A stretch of DNA of 64,000 nucleotides from Candidatus Bathyarchaeia archaeon (GTDB lineage Archaea > Thermoproteota > Bathyarchaeia > 40CM-2-53-6): contig JBEKVV010000002.1 in assembly GCA_049513715.1 (NCBI GenBank), forward strand, positions 224,001-288,000, in the 5' to 3' direction. The position numbers and the translations under genes are program-made. Position 1 is the first letter of the stretch. Each line of letters begins with the position of its first letter. Of the stretch, positions 9,766 through 19,197 are shown in pieces. The notes beneath the pieces are model-generated. The model was not told where the DNA came from. It ran no database searches and saw only the letters and a program-made list of their open reading frames with translations.

Positions 9766-9873
9766 GGGCCCGTAGCTCAGCTAGGTTAGAGCGACAGAAA
9801 ACCAAAGGTCGAAGCTCATAAGAAGAACGGAGAAACCTGCTGGTCGAGGGTTCGAATCCCTCCGGGCCCACCA
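9766..9873 (+). tRNA. tRNA-Ile2: tRNA(CAT), most likely tRNA-Ile2, with two introns (30/31: 9798-9813; 37/38: 9821-9834)
   Basis: Acceptor GGGCCCG/CGGGCCC-A-CCA (Ile-type), GCTC/GAGC D-stem, CT CAT AA loop after splicing, GAGGG-TTCGAAT-CCCTC T-arm; CGAC/GTCG BHB helix for intron 1. Confidence 0.85.
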
Positions 9874-9953
9874 TCAAAACCAATGCCTCTTCTCGTTCCT
9901 GCATGATGTGTTAGCGGGACAAGTGATATCGTGCGTATGGGTTCAGCTTGGCT

Positions 9954-11555
9954 TTAGATCCCAAGGGCTAATCCGTCTCTCCTAGGATCCGCGCCTCCTT
10001 CTAGTGTGTTATCAGGATTGATAATGGCTGCGTGGACACCGCCAAAGTACATGCCTCTGTCCTGCGAAATTGTCGGCCGCTTCACTTTGACATCATACCC
10101 CATCCCGCAAAGGCTCGCAGCAGAGTCCTTTCCTACACCGTTTTCCAACTGGACCTGGTTTTGCTGGATGTGCATTCTCGGTGCCGAAACGGCTTTTTTG
10201 ATGGACATTCCAAATTCGAGAACGTTGAGGATGGCCTGGAGTGTCGATGAAACGATTCTCGTCCCGCCCGCTGACCCGGCTGTCAAGAATGGTGTTCCGT
10301 TTTTCAGGATGATTGAGGGGCTCATGCTGCTCATGGGTATCTTCCATGGCGCGACGGAATTCGGCTGATTCGGGTTGGGGTCGAAGTCATGCATTGTATC
10401 ATTCAGAATGATTCCAGTATCCGGGACGACAATGCCGGAGCCGAAGTAGCATTCTATACTCTCTGTCACGGATGCAATGTTGTGTTCCGAGTCGACTGCC
10501 ACGAGGTGACTCGTACTAGAGGTGGGCATTGAGGAGAGGTCTGCAGGTCTGAGTGGCAGCGACGCCGCTCCTGGTTTGATTGTGGAAGAGAGTGCCTTCG
10601 CGACCTCTTTCGAAATCAATCGGTCTAGAGATGTTCGAGAGAAATCAGGATCGCATATGTGTGCTCGGCAGTTGAGGTAGCCTCGGCTCAGTGTCTCGGC
10701 TATGGTGTGCAGGGCTTGTCCTGAATTGTGGCCACAGCTTTGCAGTGGGTAATTCTCCAGCATGTTCAAGGTCTCTAGAATTATGGAACCCCCAGAGCTA
10801 GGAGGTGGTGCCGATATTATTTCGAAGTCTTTGTAGGTTCCGTGAACGGGGTCCCGTACGGTTGGATTGAAGCTCTCTAAATCCTCGCTAGACAATAGAC
10901 CCCCATTGGACTCCATGTCCTCAATGATTCGTTTGGCGATTCGGCCACTGTAGAACTCGCTAGGGCCCTCTTGGGCTATGGCTGAGTAGCTCTTGGCCAA
11001 TTCCTTGAGTGTGATCTTGTCTCCTTCACGGTACGGTTTGCCCTTCTTCAGGTAGATTGCATTGGACATCTTGAACCGTTTCAGTTTGGGCGCGCTCTGT
11101 TTCCACGCAAAGGCCAAGGCCTTGGTTACTTGCACTCCCTTGCGAGCGTAGGATACGGCTGGGGTGATTACCTCTCTTAGGCTCATTCTGCCATACTTCT
11201 CTAGCATCAACGAGTGTCCTGCAATGGCCCCTGGAACCGCGACGGCCTTGTATCCGGCAGAATTCTCATCGCGGACAACTTTACCTGTGCGAGTTACTCG
11301 GAACATGGCTTCCCTTGCAGAGTGAGGTGCTCGCTCCCGATAGTCCACGAACAACGCCTTGTCTTCTCTGGCTAACCAGATTAGCGCGAACCCACCGCCA
11401 CCAATGCCGGAGAAGGCCGGTGCTGCTACGCCGAGTCCCAACGCAGTAGCAACGGCCGCATCTACAGCGTTACCGCCTTTCTTGAGAATGCTCACTCCAA
11501 GTTTCGTTGCCAACGGGTGGGCCGAGACTACTATGCCCGATTTGAATTGGGGCAA
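9954..11555 (-). CDS. ggt: Gamma-glutamyltransferase
   Basis: GGNAVDAAVA, SGIGGGGF, DYRERAP, PPPSSGG, TSH nucleophile, SSMSP, ADPRRDG. Confidence 0.95.
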   Translation of the reverse strand: MPQFKSGIVVSAHPLATKLGVSILKKGGNAVDAAVATALGLGVAAPAFSGIGGGGFALIWLAREDKALFVDYRERAPHSAREAMFRVTRTGKVVRDENSAGYKAVAVPGAIAGHSLMLEKYGRMSLREVITPAVSYARKGVQVTKALAFAWKQSAPKLKRFKMSNAIYLKKGKPYREGDKITLKELAKSYSAIAQEGPSEFYSGRIAKRIIEDMESNGGLLSSEDLESFNPTVRDPVHGTYKDFEIISAPPPSSGGSIILETLNMLENYPLQSCGHNSGQALHTIAETLSRGYLNCRAHICDPDFSRTSLDRLISKEVAKALSSTIKPGAASLPLRPADLSSMPTSSTSHLVAVDSEHNIASVTESIECYFGSGIVVPDTGIILNDTMHDFDPNPNQPNSVAPWKIPMSSMSPSIILKNGTPFLTAGSAGGTRIVSSTLQAILNVLEFGMSIKKAVSAPRMHIQQNQVQLENGVGKDSAASLCGMGYDVKVKRPTISQDRGMYFGGVHAAIINPDNTLEGGADPRRDGLALGI

Positions 11556-11629
11556 ATCGCACCTTTTGGGACTGTTCCGTTGGTATTATTAGAAGTTGAC
11601 GCGCTCACGTGCTTCGCTGATGCTGTGCC

Positions 11630-12823
11630 GTGATCGTTCTCTCCGACCTCCCAGTGATTGATGCCCACTGCCACTCTTACCTTGAATCGCCGAGAGTACT
11701 GAGCGCAAATGATTTTGCTCGGTACGCGAGCATTTTGTCTGTTCAACCTGATTTCCTTGCTGGGGAATTTGCCCCAAGCAAAGACCAGCTTGACCTGTCT
11801 CGCGCTAGGCTTGCGAGGATGTATCGAGAACAGCCCTTCTTCAATCACATGATCCGACTGCTCTCACGTTTCTTCCAATGCGAACCTGAACTTGAAGCGG
11901 TCGCGGCCGCGAGAAGCACGAGAGCCGCGAATTTCGAGGAGTATGTCAAGGGACTGTTCCTCGATGCGCGAATTCGTGGGTTGGTATTGGACGGTGGCTA
12001 CCCACCTTTGAAGGAGGAAGACCTAAGACGATTTCCGGCCAAAGTGGTCAGGGTTTTTCGACTTGAAACCTTCATCAAAGACCTCCTCGCCCGACACGAT
12101 TCCTTCAACGAATTCCATTCCGAATATGAACGGGGCATAAGGGACGCAATCAAGAAGCAGGGTTACGTTGGCCTGAAGTCCATCATCGCGTACCGAACAG
12201 GGCTCAAGATTCGACGGGTCGAACTGAAGGATGCGAAAAAAGACTTCCTTGCCGCAAAGAAGGGCCGCGCAGAGCTAGCATGGTACGGCCCAAAGGTGAA
12301 GAAGCTCCGCGATTTCCTAGTCGTCAGAGCACTGGAGCTGTCGATCGATCTGAATGTCCCAATGCAAATCCACACAGGGGTGGGCGATTATGAGATTGTG
12401 CTCGATGAATGCGACCCGAGCCTGATGTACGAGCTTCTGAAGGATGAGAAGCTTCGCCATGCTACGGTTGTGCTTGTTCATTCAGGTTTCCCGAATAATC
12501 AAAACGCATCATTCATGGCCTCAGCCCTACCAAACGTCTTCCTAGACTTCTCTCTGACAATTCCATTTCTGAACCCTGCGAGCCACGAGCGTTTACTGGA
12601 AATCCTCCAGATCGCACCGTCCTCTAAGATCATGTATGGTTCAGACGGGTTCAACATACCCGAACTGTTCTGGTTGAGCGTGAAGATTGGGAAACGGATT
12701 CTGGAACAATGCTTCACGAGGTTGATTCAGGAAGGAATCTTCGATGAGAATGAGAGTAACCAAAAAGCCAAGCAGATTCTTTTCACGAATGCAAACGAAC
12801 TGTACCACGTTGGACTTATGTGA
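11630..12823 (+). CDS. Amidohydrolase (FluG N-terminal type)
   Basis: IDAHCH, LKSIIAYRTGL, QIHTGVGD, VLVH, KIMYGSDG..PE. Confidence 0.9.
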   Translation: MIVLSDLPVIDAHCHSYLESPRVLSANDFARYASILSVQPDFLAGEFAPSKDQLDLSRARLARMYREQPFFNHMIRLLSRFFQCEPELEAVAAARSTRAANFEEYVKGLFLDARIRGLVLDGGYPPLKEEDLRRFPAKVVRVFRLETFIKDLLARHDSFNEFHSEYERGIRDAIKKQGYVGLKSIIAYRTGLKIRRVELKDAKKDFLAAKKGRAELAWYGPKVKKLRDFLVVRALELSIDLNVPMQIHTGVGDYEIVLDECDPSLMYELLKDEKLRHATVVLVHSGFPNNQNASFMASALPNVFLDFSLTIPFLNPASHERLLEILQIAPSSKIMYGSDGFNIPELFWLSVKIGKRILEQCFTRLIQEGIFDENESNQKAKQILFTNANELYHVGLM

Positions 12824-12899
12824 AGCCCCAGATTTGTTCAGTAATTTAGTCTCAGTTCTTTTATACGCGAGCGAAACTCACTAAACATCCGGGATTTTC

Positions 12900-14264
12900 T
12901 TGTCACGCGACTCGGTCATCAAAGCCATACACGACAAACAGATTCGCTTACTAAGCGTTGAGTACGTGGATTTCGGAGGTATCTCCAGATCCAAAGCGAG
13001 AACCGTCGGAGACCTAGACGCGTTCCTTGAAAGTGGGGTCGGTTTCGCGAAAGGCAATTTTGGAATAACCGCGTTCGATACCATAGCGGCCGAACCAGGG
13101 TACACGGTTGCGTCCGGGGAAGCGAACCTTGTTCCAGACTTGGAAACGTTCGCCGTCCCACCATATGCAAACAAAGTTGCCCGATTCATGGGGGAACTGA
13201 AGAACTTCGATGGTTCGAGCTGGGAACTATGCCCACGCCACACCTACCGCAACTACTTGGAGCGAGTGGAAGGCTTAGGCTACAAGTACTTCGGCGGACC
13301 CGAAATGGAATTCAATGTAGTCAAACGAGATGGAACTTCTGTCCAACCATGGATTACGGCGGGAATGCAGTCGCAGCATGGGCTTGAGGTTGGAGCCGAG
13401 TTTCTGTCTGAGGTGGTTGAGAACGTTGAAGCAATGAATGTCAAGATCACAAAAGCACACGCCGAGGGTGGAGGAACCTATGGAGGCCACTTCGAAATTG
13501 ACATCCACCACCAACCAGGAGTCAAATGCGCAGACGACGTTGTCACCTTCAGAGATGCGGCGAAGGCCATTGCCCAACAAAAAGGCCTGGTCGCGACATT
13601 CCTCGCCAAAATCGGAGAACCATTCACAGGTAGTGGAATGCACCTCAACAGCAGCCTCAGCGACCCGAAGACTGGCCGGAACCTGTTTGCCGACCAAAAC
13701 GACAAACGAGGCCTGGGCCTCAGCCAAACATGTTACTACTTCATCGGAGGAGTTCTGGAACACACCCGCGGGCTCTGCGCAGCTGTCGCAGCGAATGTGA
13801 ACTCATACAAACGCCTAATTCACCCCGGCCACTGGGCCGCGGACGGCGTATTCTACGCAGTGGGACACAGAGGGGCTGCAGTCAGGGTTCCTCGCATCGC
13901 TGGCAAATCTGAGACAGCACATGTCGAATTCCGTGTTCCCGACCCAGCCTGCAACCCATACATCGCATTCACCTGCCTACTCGCCGCAGGCATGGATGGC
14001 ATCAAACGCAAGCTTGATCCAGGCGACCCAATAACCGACGATGTTAGCCGCTTGAGCAAGGCTGAACGTCAAAAGCGCGGAATTAAACCAATTCCGAAGA
14101 GCCTCTACGAGGCAGTCGAAGAATTCCGAAGGGACGAAGTATTCAAAGACGCTCTTGGCAAGGCGTTCTTTGACGAGTACGCTGAGATGAAACTCGCAGA
14201 GTGGGATGAGTACAGCGCTCGAGTCACTCCGTGGGAGACCGAACGGATGATCGACTTCCACTAG
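12900..14264 (+). CDS. Glutamine synthetase-like gamma-glutamyl-amine ligase (GlnA3/PauA/FluG-C type)
   Basis: GPEMEF, GSGMH, NSYKRL, EFRVPDPACNPY; flap PGHWAA replaces PGYEAP. Confidence 0.85.
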   Translation: MSRDSVIKAIHDKQIRLLSVEYVDFGGISRSKARTVGDLDAFLESGVGFAKGNFGITAFDTIAAEPGYTVASGEANLVPDLETFAVPPYANKVARFMGELKNFDGSSWELCPRHTYRNYLERVEGLGYKYFGGPEMEFNVVKRDGTSVQPWITAGMQSQHGLEVGAEFLSEVVENVEAMNVKITKAHAEGGGTYGGHFEIDIHHQPGVKCADDVVTFRDAAKAIAQQKGLVATFLAKIGEPFTGSGMHLNSSLSDPKTGRNLFADQNDKRGLGLSQTCYYFIGGVLEHTRGLCAAVAANVNSYKRLIHPGHWAADGVFYAVGHRGAAVRVPRIAGKSETAHVEFRVPDPACNPYIAFTCLLAAGMDGIKRKLDPGDPITDDVSRLSKAERQKRGIKPIPKSLYEAVEEFRRDEVFKDALGKAFFDEYAEMKLAEWDEYSARVTPWETERMIDFH

Positions 14265-14325
14265 GCCTGGTCAAATGCAGGCAGGCCTCTGAAGAAAATG
14301 CGGTTGCGTTTGAGTTTCTCGTCTT

Positions 14326-15282
14326 TCAGCCCACTGTCAGGAGGTAACTTCTAACTTTCTTGTCGTCCAGTTCGACCACGACCCCTCGTAGCATGCCTTC
14401 CGTATATTCACTCCCAGGGTTCAGGCAGAGGGTTTGGCCGATCTTTATGAAACCTCTCGATTCGTGTATGTGGCCATGAAGCCCAAGGAGGGGTTGATAT
14501 TTTTCGATCGCGTTACGCACCGCTGTGCTTCCCGCCGATATCATCATGATTTCTGAGCCCGCGTAAACTGGCTTCAGGTTCTCGTCCAGCTTCGGACAGG
14601 TATCCAGCCCTGTGTCATAGGGTGGGACGTGAAGGTTGAAGATGCAATTGCTCATGTCCTGAACCTTACTTGTCATTGCATCGAGCTTTGCAGCCAGATC
14701 CTCCTCTGAGCATTCTCGCGGTGTCTTCCAGGGGGTCGGGTTGCTCCAACCGCTGCTCACCATCTCGTACCCCCCCTCAAGGGTTAGGAGTTCGCCTTCG
14801 GGGTCGACGACATAGTTTGAGCTTTTTAGGACATCTTCAATTTCTGGTCGGTCGTCGTTTCCACCAGTCATAAAGACTTTGATGCCCTTCCCTTTCAACC
14901 GCTCTTCCGCCATACCCATCCAGCGTCGCAGGGTTTCAATCATGACATCGGTGAAGACGGCGTCGACCTTCGTCGGGTCAGCCCTCATCTCTGACATTTC
15001 GTCCTCTGTTGTTCGGTATGGGTAGTATCCTGTGAATCGAATCTTCTTTTCGAGGTCTTCGACCTCTTTGTCGGATTTGAGAGTGTATTTACTGCTGAGA
15101 AACTCGGAAGTGTATGTTCCCTCAGCGGTTTTGACGATTGGAACAATCATCTTCCCTGTAACATCGCCGCCGAGGATCAGGGTATTGACTTTGTACGGTT
15201 GCGGTGTGTTCAGAAACTTCAGGAAGCATTTCTCTGAACCATGAACGTCCGTTGCGAAGAAGAGACGTATCTTCGTGGCCAC
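14326..15282 (-). CDS. Metallophosphoesterase (Icc-related)
   Basis: TDVHGS, GGD, GGNDD, HVPP, HGHIHES, NPGSEY. Confidence 0.9.
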   Translation of the reverse strand: MATKIRLFFATDVHGSEKCFLKFLNTPQPYKVNTLILGGDVTGKMIVPIVKTAEGTYTSEFLSSKYTLKSDKEVEDLEKKIRFTGYYPYRTTEDEMSEMRADPTKVDAVFTDVMIETLRRWMGMAEERLKGKGIKVFMTGGNDDRPEIEDVLKSSNYVVDPEGELLTLEGGYEMVSSGWSNPTPWKTPRECSEEDLAAKLDAMTSKVQDMSNCIFNLHVPPYDTGLDTCPKLDENLKPVYAGSEIMMISAGSTAVRNAIEKYQPLLGLHGHIHESRGFIKIGQTLCLNPGSEYTEGMLRGVVVELDDKKVRSYLLTVG

Positions 15283-15428
15283 TCTGCACGCGCCCTGGTA
15301 GGTGTCTTAGTGATTGAATATTAGTATTAAGAGTGGCCTCAGTACAAGTATTTACCCTACGTTCTATTGCGGAGCTCGTATCGTCAGTTTCTTATACGCT
15401 CAACCTTACCTATTACGGATGAAAAACC

Positions 15429-17033
15429 TTGGAATCAAAGTACTTCGTTAGAAAAGCTAGTGGCCTAGTCAGAGAATTCGGCGCAACGGATTTGATTCTC
15501 ATTGCTTCAGCGATGGTTTTCGGACTTGTGTTCACAACAACTCAATTTCCCTGGTTCTACGGTTTCAACCCGGGAGCCAACCTTGCACTCTCACTAACCA
15601 TTGCAGGGATCCCATTCGTCTTCCTAATGCTCGTCTACTGGGTGATCGGAGTCATCATGCCTAGATCTGGATCTGATTACGTCTGGGTCAGCCGTGTCTT
15701 TCACCCCTCTATCGGTTTCGCTTGGTCCTTCCTGTACATGTTCGCTGTCTTCATCACAGCGTACGTCGGAGGCTTGAGTGCTTTCTCGTACGCGTTGTCG
15801 ATAGCAGTCACCATGTGGGGCCTCCTGTTCCAGAACCCAGGATTGGTTACTATGGGGAACTTCCTCAGTTCACCCATAGGAGCATTCTACATCGCCGTAG
15901 GATTCACGTTGCTCTTCGCTGTATTCGCCATCTTCGGCGTTCGACTGATCAAAGGCCTACTCTACATATCTTGGGGAGCTGCCATTTTGGGCATCGTGCT
16001 GATGTGGTGGCTTCTAGGAACAACGAACCCAGCAATGTTCGCCGCCAAATGGAACGCAGTAATGACCAATTATCCGACCTACCAAGCCCTGCAACAGGCT
16101 GCGACACAAAACGGTTGGACACCCCCTGTGGGTGGCTTGGTCGCGGTAATGGGTGCACTCCCTCTAGCGTCCCTGTTCCTCTTTGGAGGAAACTTCGGAG
16201 GAAACGTGATTGCAGGCGAGATCAAAGACGTACGAAAAACAGTGCCCTTAGCTCTCTTCCTGTCACTAATTCTGGGAATTGTCTACTGGAGCGTTTCCGG
16301 GTTCTTGACACTGAACGCCGTTGGGGAGAATTGGTTCTACTCAATTGCGTACTTGTGGGACAATAACCCCGCCGCCTATGGCGCCTTGCTTCCTTTCCCA
16401 CCATCACAACCACTACTGCTTTCAGTAATTGCATACCCAAGCGCAGCATTGCTTGCGCTGATCTTCCTTACCTACTTCTTCGGGTCAGTGCAAATACTGT
16501 TCGTGTACTTCTGGGTCCCCAGCAGATACTTCTTCGCATGGTCGTTTGACAGGATCATCCCTACGAGATTCGCTGATGTAAGCAAGCGTTTCCACACACC
16601 GCATATAGCAGTGGGGGCTATGACAGTACTCTCAGTGATTTTACTTGGGCTCTACGCGTTCACGAGCTGGCCCACAGCTTTCACTATCGGAACATTTCTG
16701 TGGGGAGTAGCCTACATAGTGCCAGCGCTAGCGACCATCGTCTTTCCATTTACAAAGAAGGACCTGTTTGAACAAGCACCTGAATTCATGCGCAAGAAGA
16801 TCGGAAGCGTTCCCATCATAAGCATACTCGGCGTACTCGCCTCGGCTTCGTTCGCGTACATGGGCTACATTGCCTACACGAACCCACTGATCACTTCGCC
16901 AACACTATCCGGCATAGGCATAGCAGTAGGTATCCTCATCGCCTGCTTCATAGTCTACTTTGCGTCATTAGCTTACCATAAGAAGCGCGGCCTCGACATC
17001 GAAATGGCCTTCAAAGAACTACCGCCAGTCTAG
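15429..17033 (+). CDS. APC-family amino acid/polyamine permease
   Basis: About 12 TM; FVRKASGLVRE, MPRSGSDYVWVSR, SRYFFAWSFDR, FKELPP. Confidence 0.9.
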   Translation: MESKYFVRKASGLVREFGATDLILIASAMVFGLVFTTTQFPWFYGFNPGANLALSLTIAGIPFVFLMLVYWVIGVIMPRSGSDYVWVSRVFHPSIGFAWSFLYMFAVFITAYVGGLSAFSYALSIAVTMWGLLFQNPGLVTMGNFLSSPIGAFYIAVGFTLLFAVFAIFGVRLIKGLLYISWGAAILGIVLMWWLLGTTNPAMFAAKWNAVMTNYPTYQALQQAATQNGWTPPVGGLVAVMGALPLASLFLFGGNFGGNVIAGEIKDVRKTVPLALFLSLILGIVYWSVSGFLTLNAVGENWFYSIAYLWDNNPAAYGALLPFPPSQPLLLSVIAYPSAALLALIFLTYFFGSVQILFVYFWVPSRYFFAWSFDRIIPTRFADVSKRFHTPHIAVGAMTVLSVILLGLYAFTSWPTAFTIGTFLWGVAYIVPALATIVFPFTKKDLFEQAPEFMRKKIGSVPIISILGVLASASFAYMGYIAYTNPLITSPTLSGIGIAVGILIACFIVYFASLAYHKKRGLDIEMAFKELPPV

Positions 17034-17203
17034 AGCACAGACCACGAAACCAGTTTCCTTCCCACCTTCTCTCTTTTTCTCTTCTTCTCATATCCACTTA
17101 GAATCCAACCTGCAAACGACGAACCACATTCTGTCTGGCAAGGTTAAGACGTTTCGCAAAATCAATTCCTCAGTGTATCCGGAGGCGACCGTGAAAAGGC
17201 TAA

Positions 17204-18130
17204 ATGCCCTCCAACCACATTTTCCGCGACATGGCACCCATAAGCCGAGATTTCATTGGGTACGGAATGAACGTTCCCAAAATTAAATGGCCGAACAACG
17301 CGCGCCTCGCGCTCACCTTTGCAATAAACTACGAAGCTGGGTCCGAGCGAGCAGTCGGCTTCGGGGACCAAGGGGCCGAGACATTCGGAGAGTTCCCAGC
17401 TTATGGGGCTCCTCCGAAAAGGGACCTTGCCATTGAATCCATCTTCGAATACGAGACCCGTGTAGCCATCTGGAGAATACTCAGAACATTCGAAAAATAC
17501 AAAATCAAAACGACCTTCTTCGCCGCCGCGAAGACATTGGAGACTAATCCTGAGGCGGCCAAAGAAATTGTACGTAGGGGGCATGAGATTTGCAGTCATG
17601 GCTACCGGTGGATAGAGCACTTCACCTTGACGCGGGACGAGGAACGAGAAGTGATACGCAAAGCCGTAGCGTCCATTGAGAAAACAACAGGCCAACGACC
17701 CGTGGGATGGTACTGTAGAGAGCCCAGCGAAAACACCATTGAGCTCCTAGTTGAGGAAGGGGGGTTTCTCTACGATTCTGATGTTTACAATGACGATCTC
17801 CCACACTACGTGAAGGTAGGCGGAAAGAACTTCCTGCTAATCCCGTACACGCCGGACATCAATGACTTCCACTATTTCTCGAACAGGTTCAGCAATTCGG
17901 AGGAGTTCTACCAGTACCTCAAAGATTCGTTCGACTTGATGTACGAAGAAGGCCGCACGCAACCGAAAATGATGAACGTCGGCCTTCATGTCAGAATCTC
18001 CGGTCGTCCAGGGAGAACGGTTGCGGTGGAAAGATTCCTCAAGTATGTCAAAGCCAAACCAAAGGTATGGGTGGCCCGCAGAATCGACATTGCGAAATGG
18101 TGGCAGGACCATTACGAGCCCAAACAATGA
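17204..18130 (+). CDS. Polysaccharide deacetylase-fold hydrolase, PuuE allantoinase-like
   Basis: WPNNARLA, INYEAGSE, ESIFEYE, HEICSHGYRW, GLHVRISGRPGR. Confidence 0.85.
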   Translation: MPSNHIFRDMAPISRDFIGYGMNVPKIKWPNNARLALTFAINYEAGSERAVGFGDQGAETFGEFPAYGAPPKRDLAIESIFEYETRVAIWRILRTFEKYKIKTTFFAAAKTLETNPEAAKEIVRRGHEICSHGYRWIEHFTLTRDEEREVIRKAVASIEKTTGQRPVGWYCREPSENTIELLVEEGGFLYDSDVYNDDLPHYVKVGGKNFLLIPYTPDINDFHYFSNRFSNSEEFYQYLKDSFDLMYEEGRTQPKMMNVGLHVRISGRPGRTVAVERFLKYVKAKPKVWVARRIDIAKWWQDHYEPKQ

Positions 18131-18438
18131 TGCTGTGAATCAGACGTGCAATTCCTGCTTGTGGGTCTGATGGTGCGCACACACACGAAAAACCGCCCGA
18201 ATTGACGGTTCAAATTCGGATGCTGGCACCACACACAGAACCCAAACCCAGGCTTCTTGAGAGTTGAGAAGTACGGCTTAGCCGGCATGGAGAAAGGCAT
18301 ATTAATGTTTCGTGACTGAAACAGTGATGTACCGCCAATGTTCATGATCCATTTGCCTCAACGGCATGGAGGCAATGTCGTTCGTCCATCCGAACGTGTT
18401 CGGGATTCAACTTTCCCATTGATAGCTGGCACGGTTAG

Positions 18439-19014
18439 GTGGGAAGCTTGATGTCCGCGATTGTCAGTCTGAAGGAGGATCACCGAGCCATCCGCCATGT
18501 GCTTGACATATTGCATGTGATTACGGAAAGAATGGAGCTGGGCGATCCAGTGTCACCATCAGTCCTGCAAAGCATCTTGGACTTCATGGTCAACTTCAAA
18601 GAGATTACACATCGAGGAAGAGAAGACATAGTCTTCCTACCTCTTCTGAGCAGGCGTGAGGTCCAGAGGCCCAGCGCCGTTGACCTCGTGATGGCTGAGC
18701 ACGAGAAAGAGCGGAGGCTCATCCAGGAATTTCAGCAAGCCGTGAACAGATACGATGTCGACGATGCGTCCAGTAGGTTAAAGGTTGTTCAGGTTGCACG
18801 CAAGCTGAGAACTCTGCTTGATGCTCACGTGAGCAAAGAGGAAGACATCCTCCTTCCATGGGCTGAACGATTACTCACCCCACAAGTTGACATGGAGTTG
18901 ATACAGAAAATCGAAAAGATTGGCCCCAGCTTTGTTAGGGAAACATCCGCTTACGTTGATGATATCGCACGTAGAGCTTGGAACTCCTACCGACTTCTAC
19001 ACGTCCAAGCTTAA
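18439..19014 (+). CDS. Hemerythrin-domain protein
   Basis: EDH, H..RED, EHE, HVSKEEDIL helical metal-ligand pattern. Confidence 0.8.
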   Translation: MGSLMSAIVSLKEDHRAIRHVLDILHVITERMELGDPVSPSVLQSILDFMVNFKEITHRGREDIVFLPLLSRREVQRPSAVDLVMAEHEKERRLIQEFQQAVNRYDVDDASSRLKVVQVARKLRTLLDAHVSKEEDILLPWAERLLTPQVDMELIQKIEKIGPSFVRETSAYVDDIARRAWNSYRLLHVQA

Positions 19015-19197
19015 CTTCGACCGAGCGCATCTCTAATCCGACGGCTATGATGAGTGGCAAGCGGTCTTCTAGCTTAAGGTAAACCGCCGAGCCTAGAGAC
19101 TGTTTCTTGACTTTCGCGGATTGATTTCGGTGAGGTCCTTCGCGGGATTGGGCCGGGACGTTCGGATCGAACCAGCGGGTTCTCCGCGGCAAAGGCC

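Noticed and set aside
9766..9873. tRNA-Met call from the CAT anticodon
   Set aside because: The GGGCCC acceptor is Ile-type, and the initiator features (A1-U72, three G-C pairs in the anticodon stem) are absent. Elongator Met is not fully excluded.
12900..14264. Housekeeping glutamine synthetase glnA
   Set aside because: The flap Glu is replaced by Trp, the typical N-terminal FDGSS motif is absent, and the gene context is catabolic.
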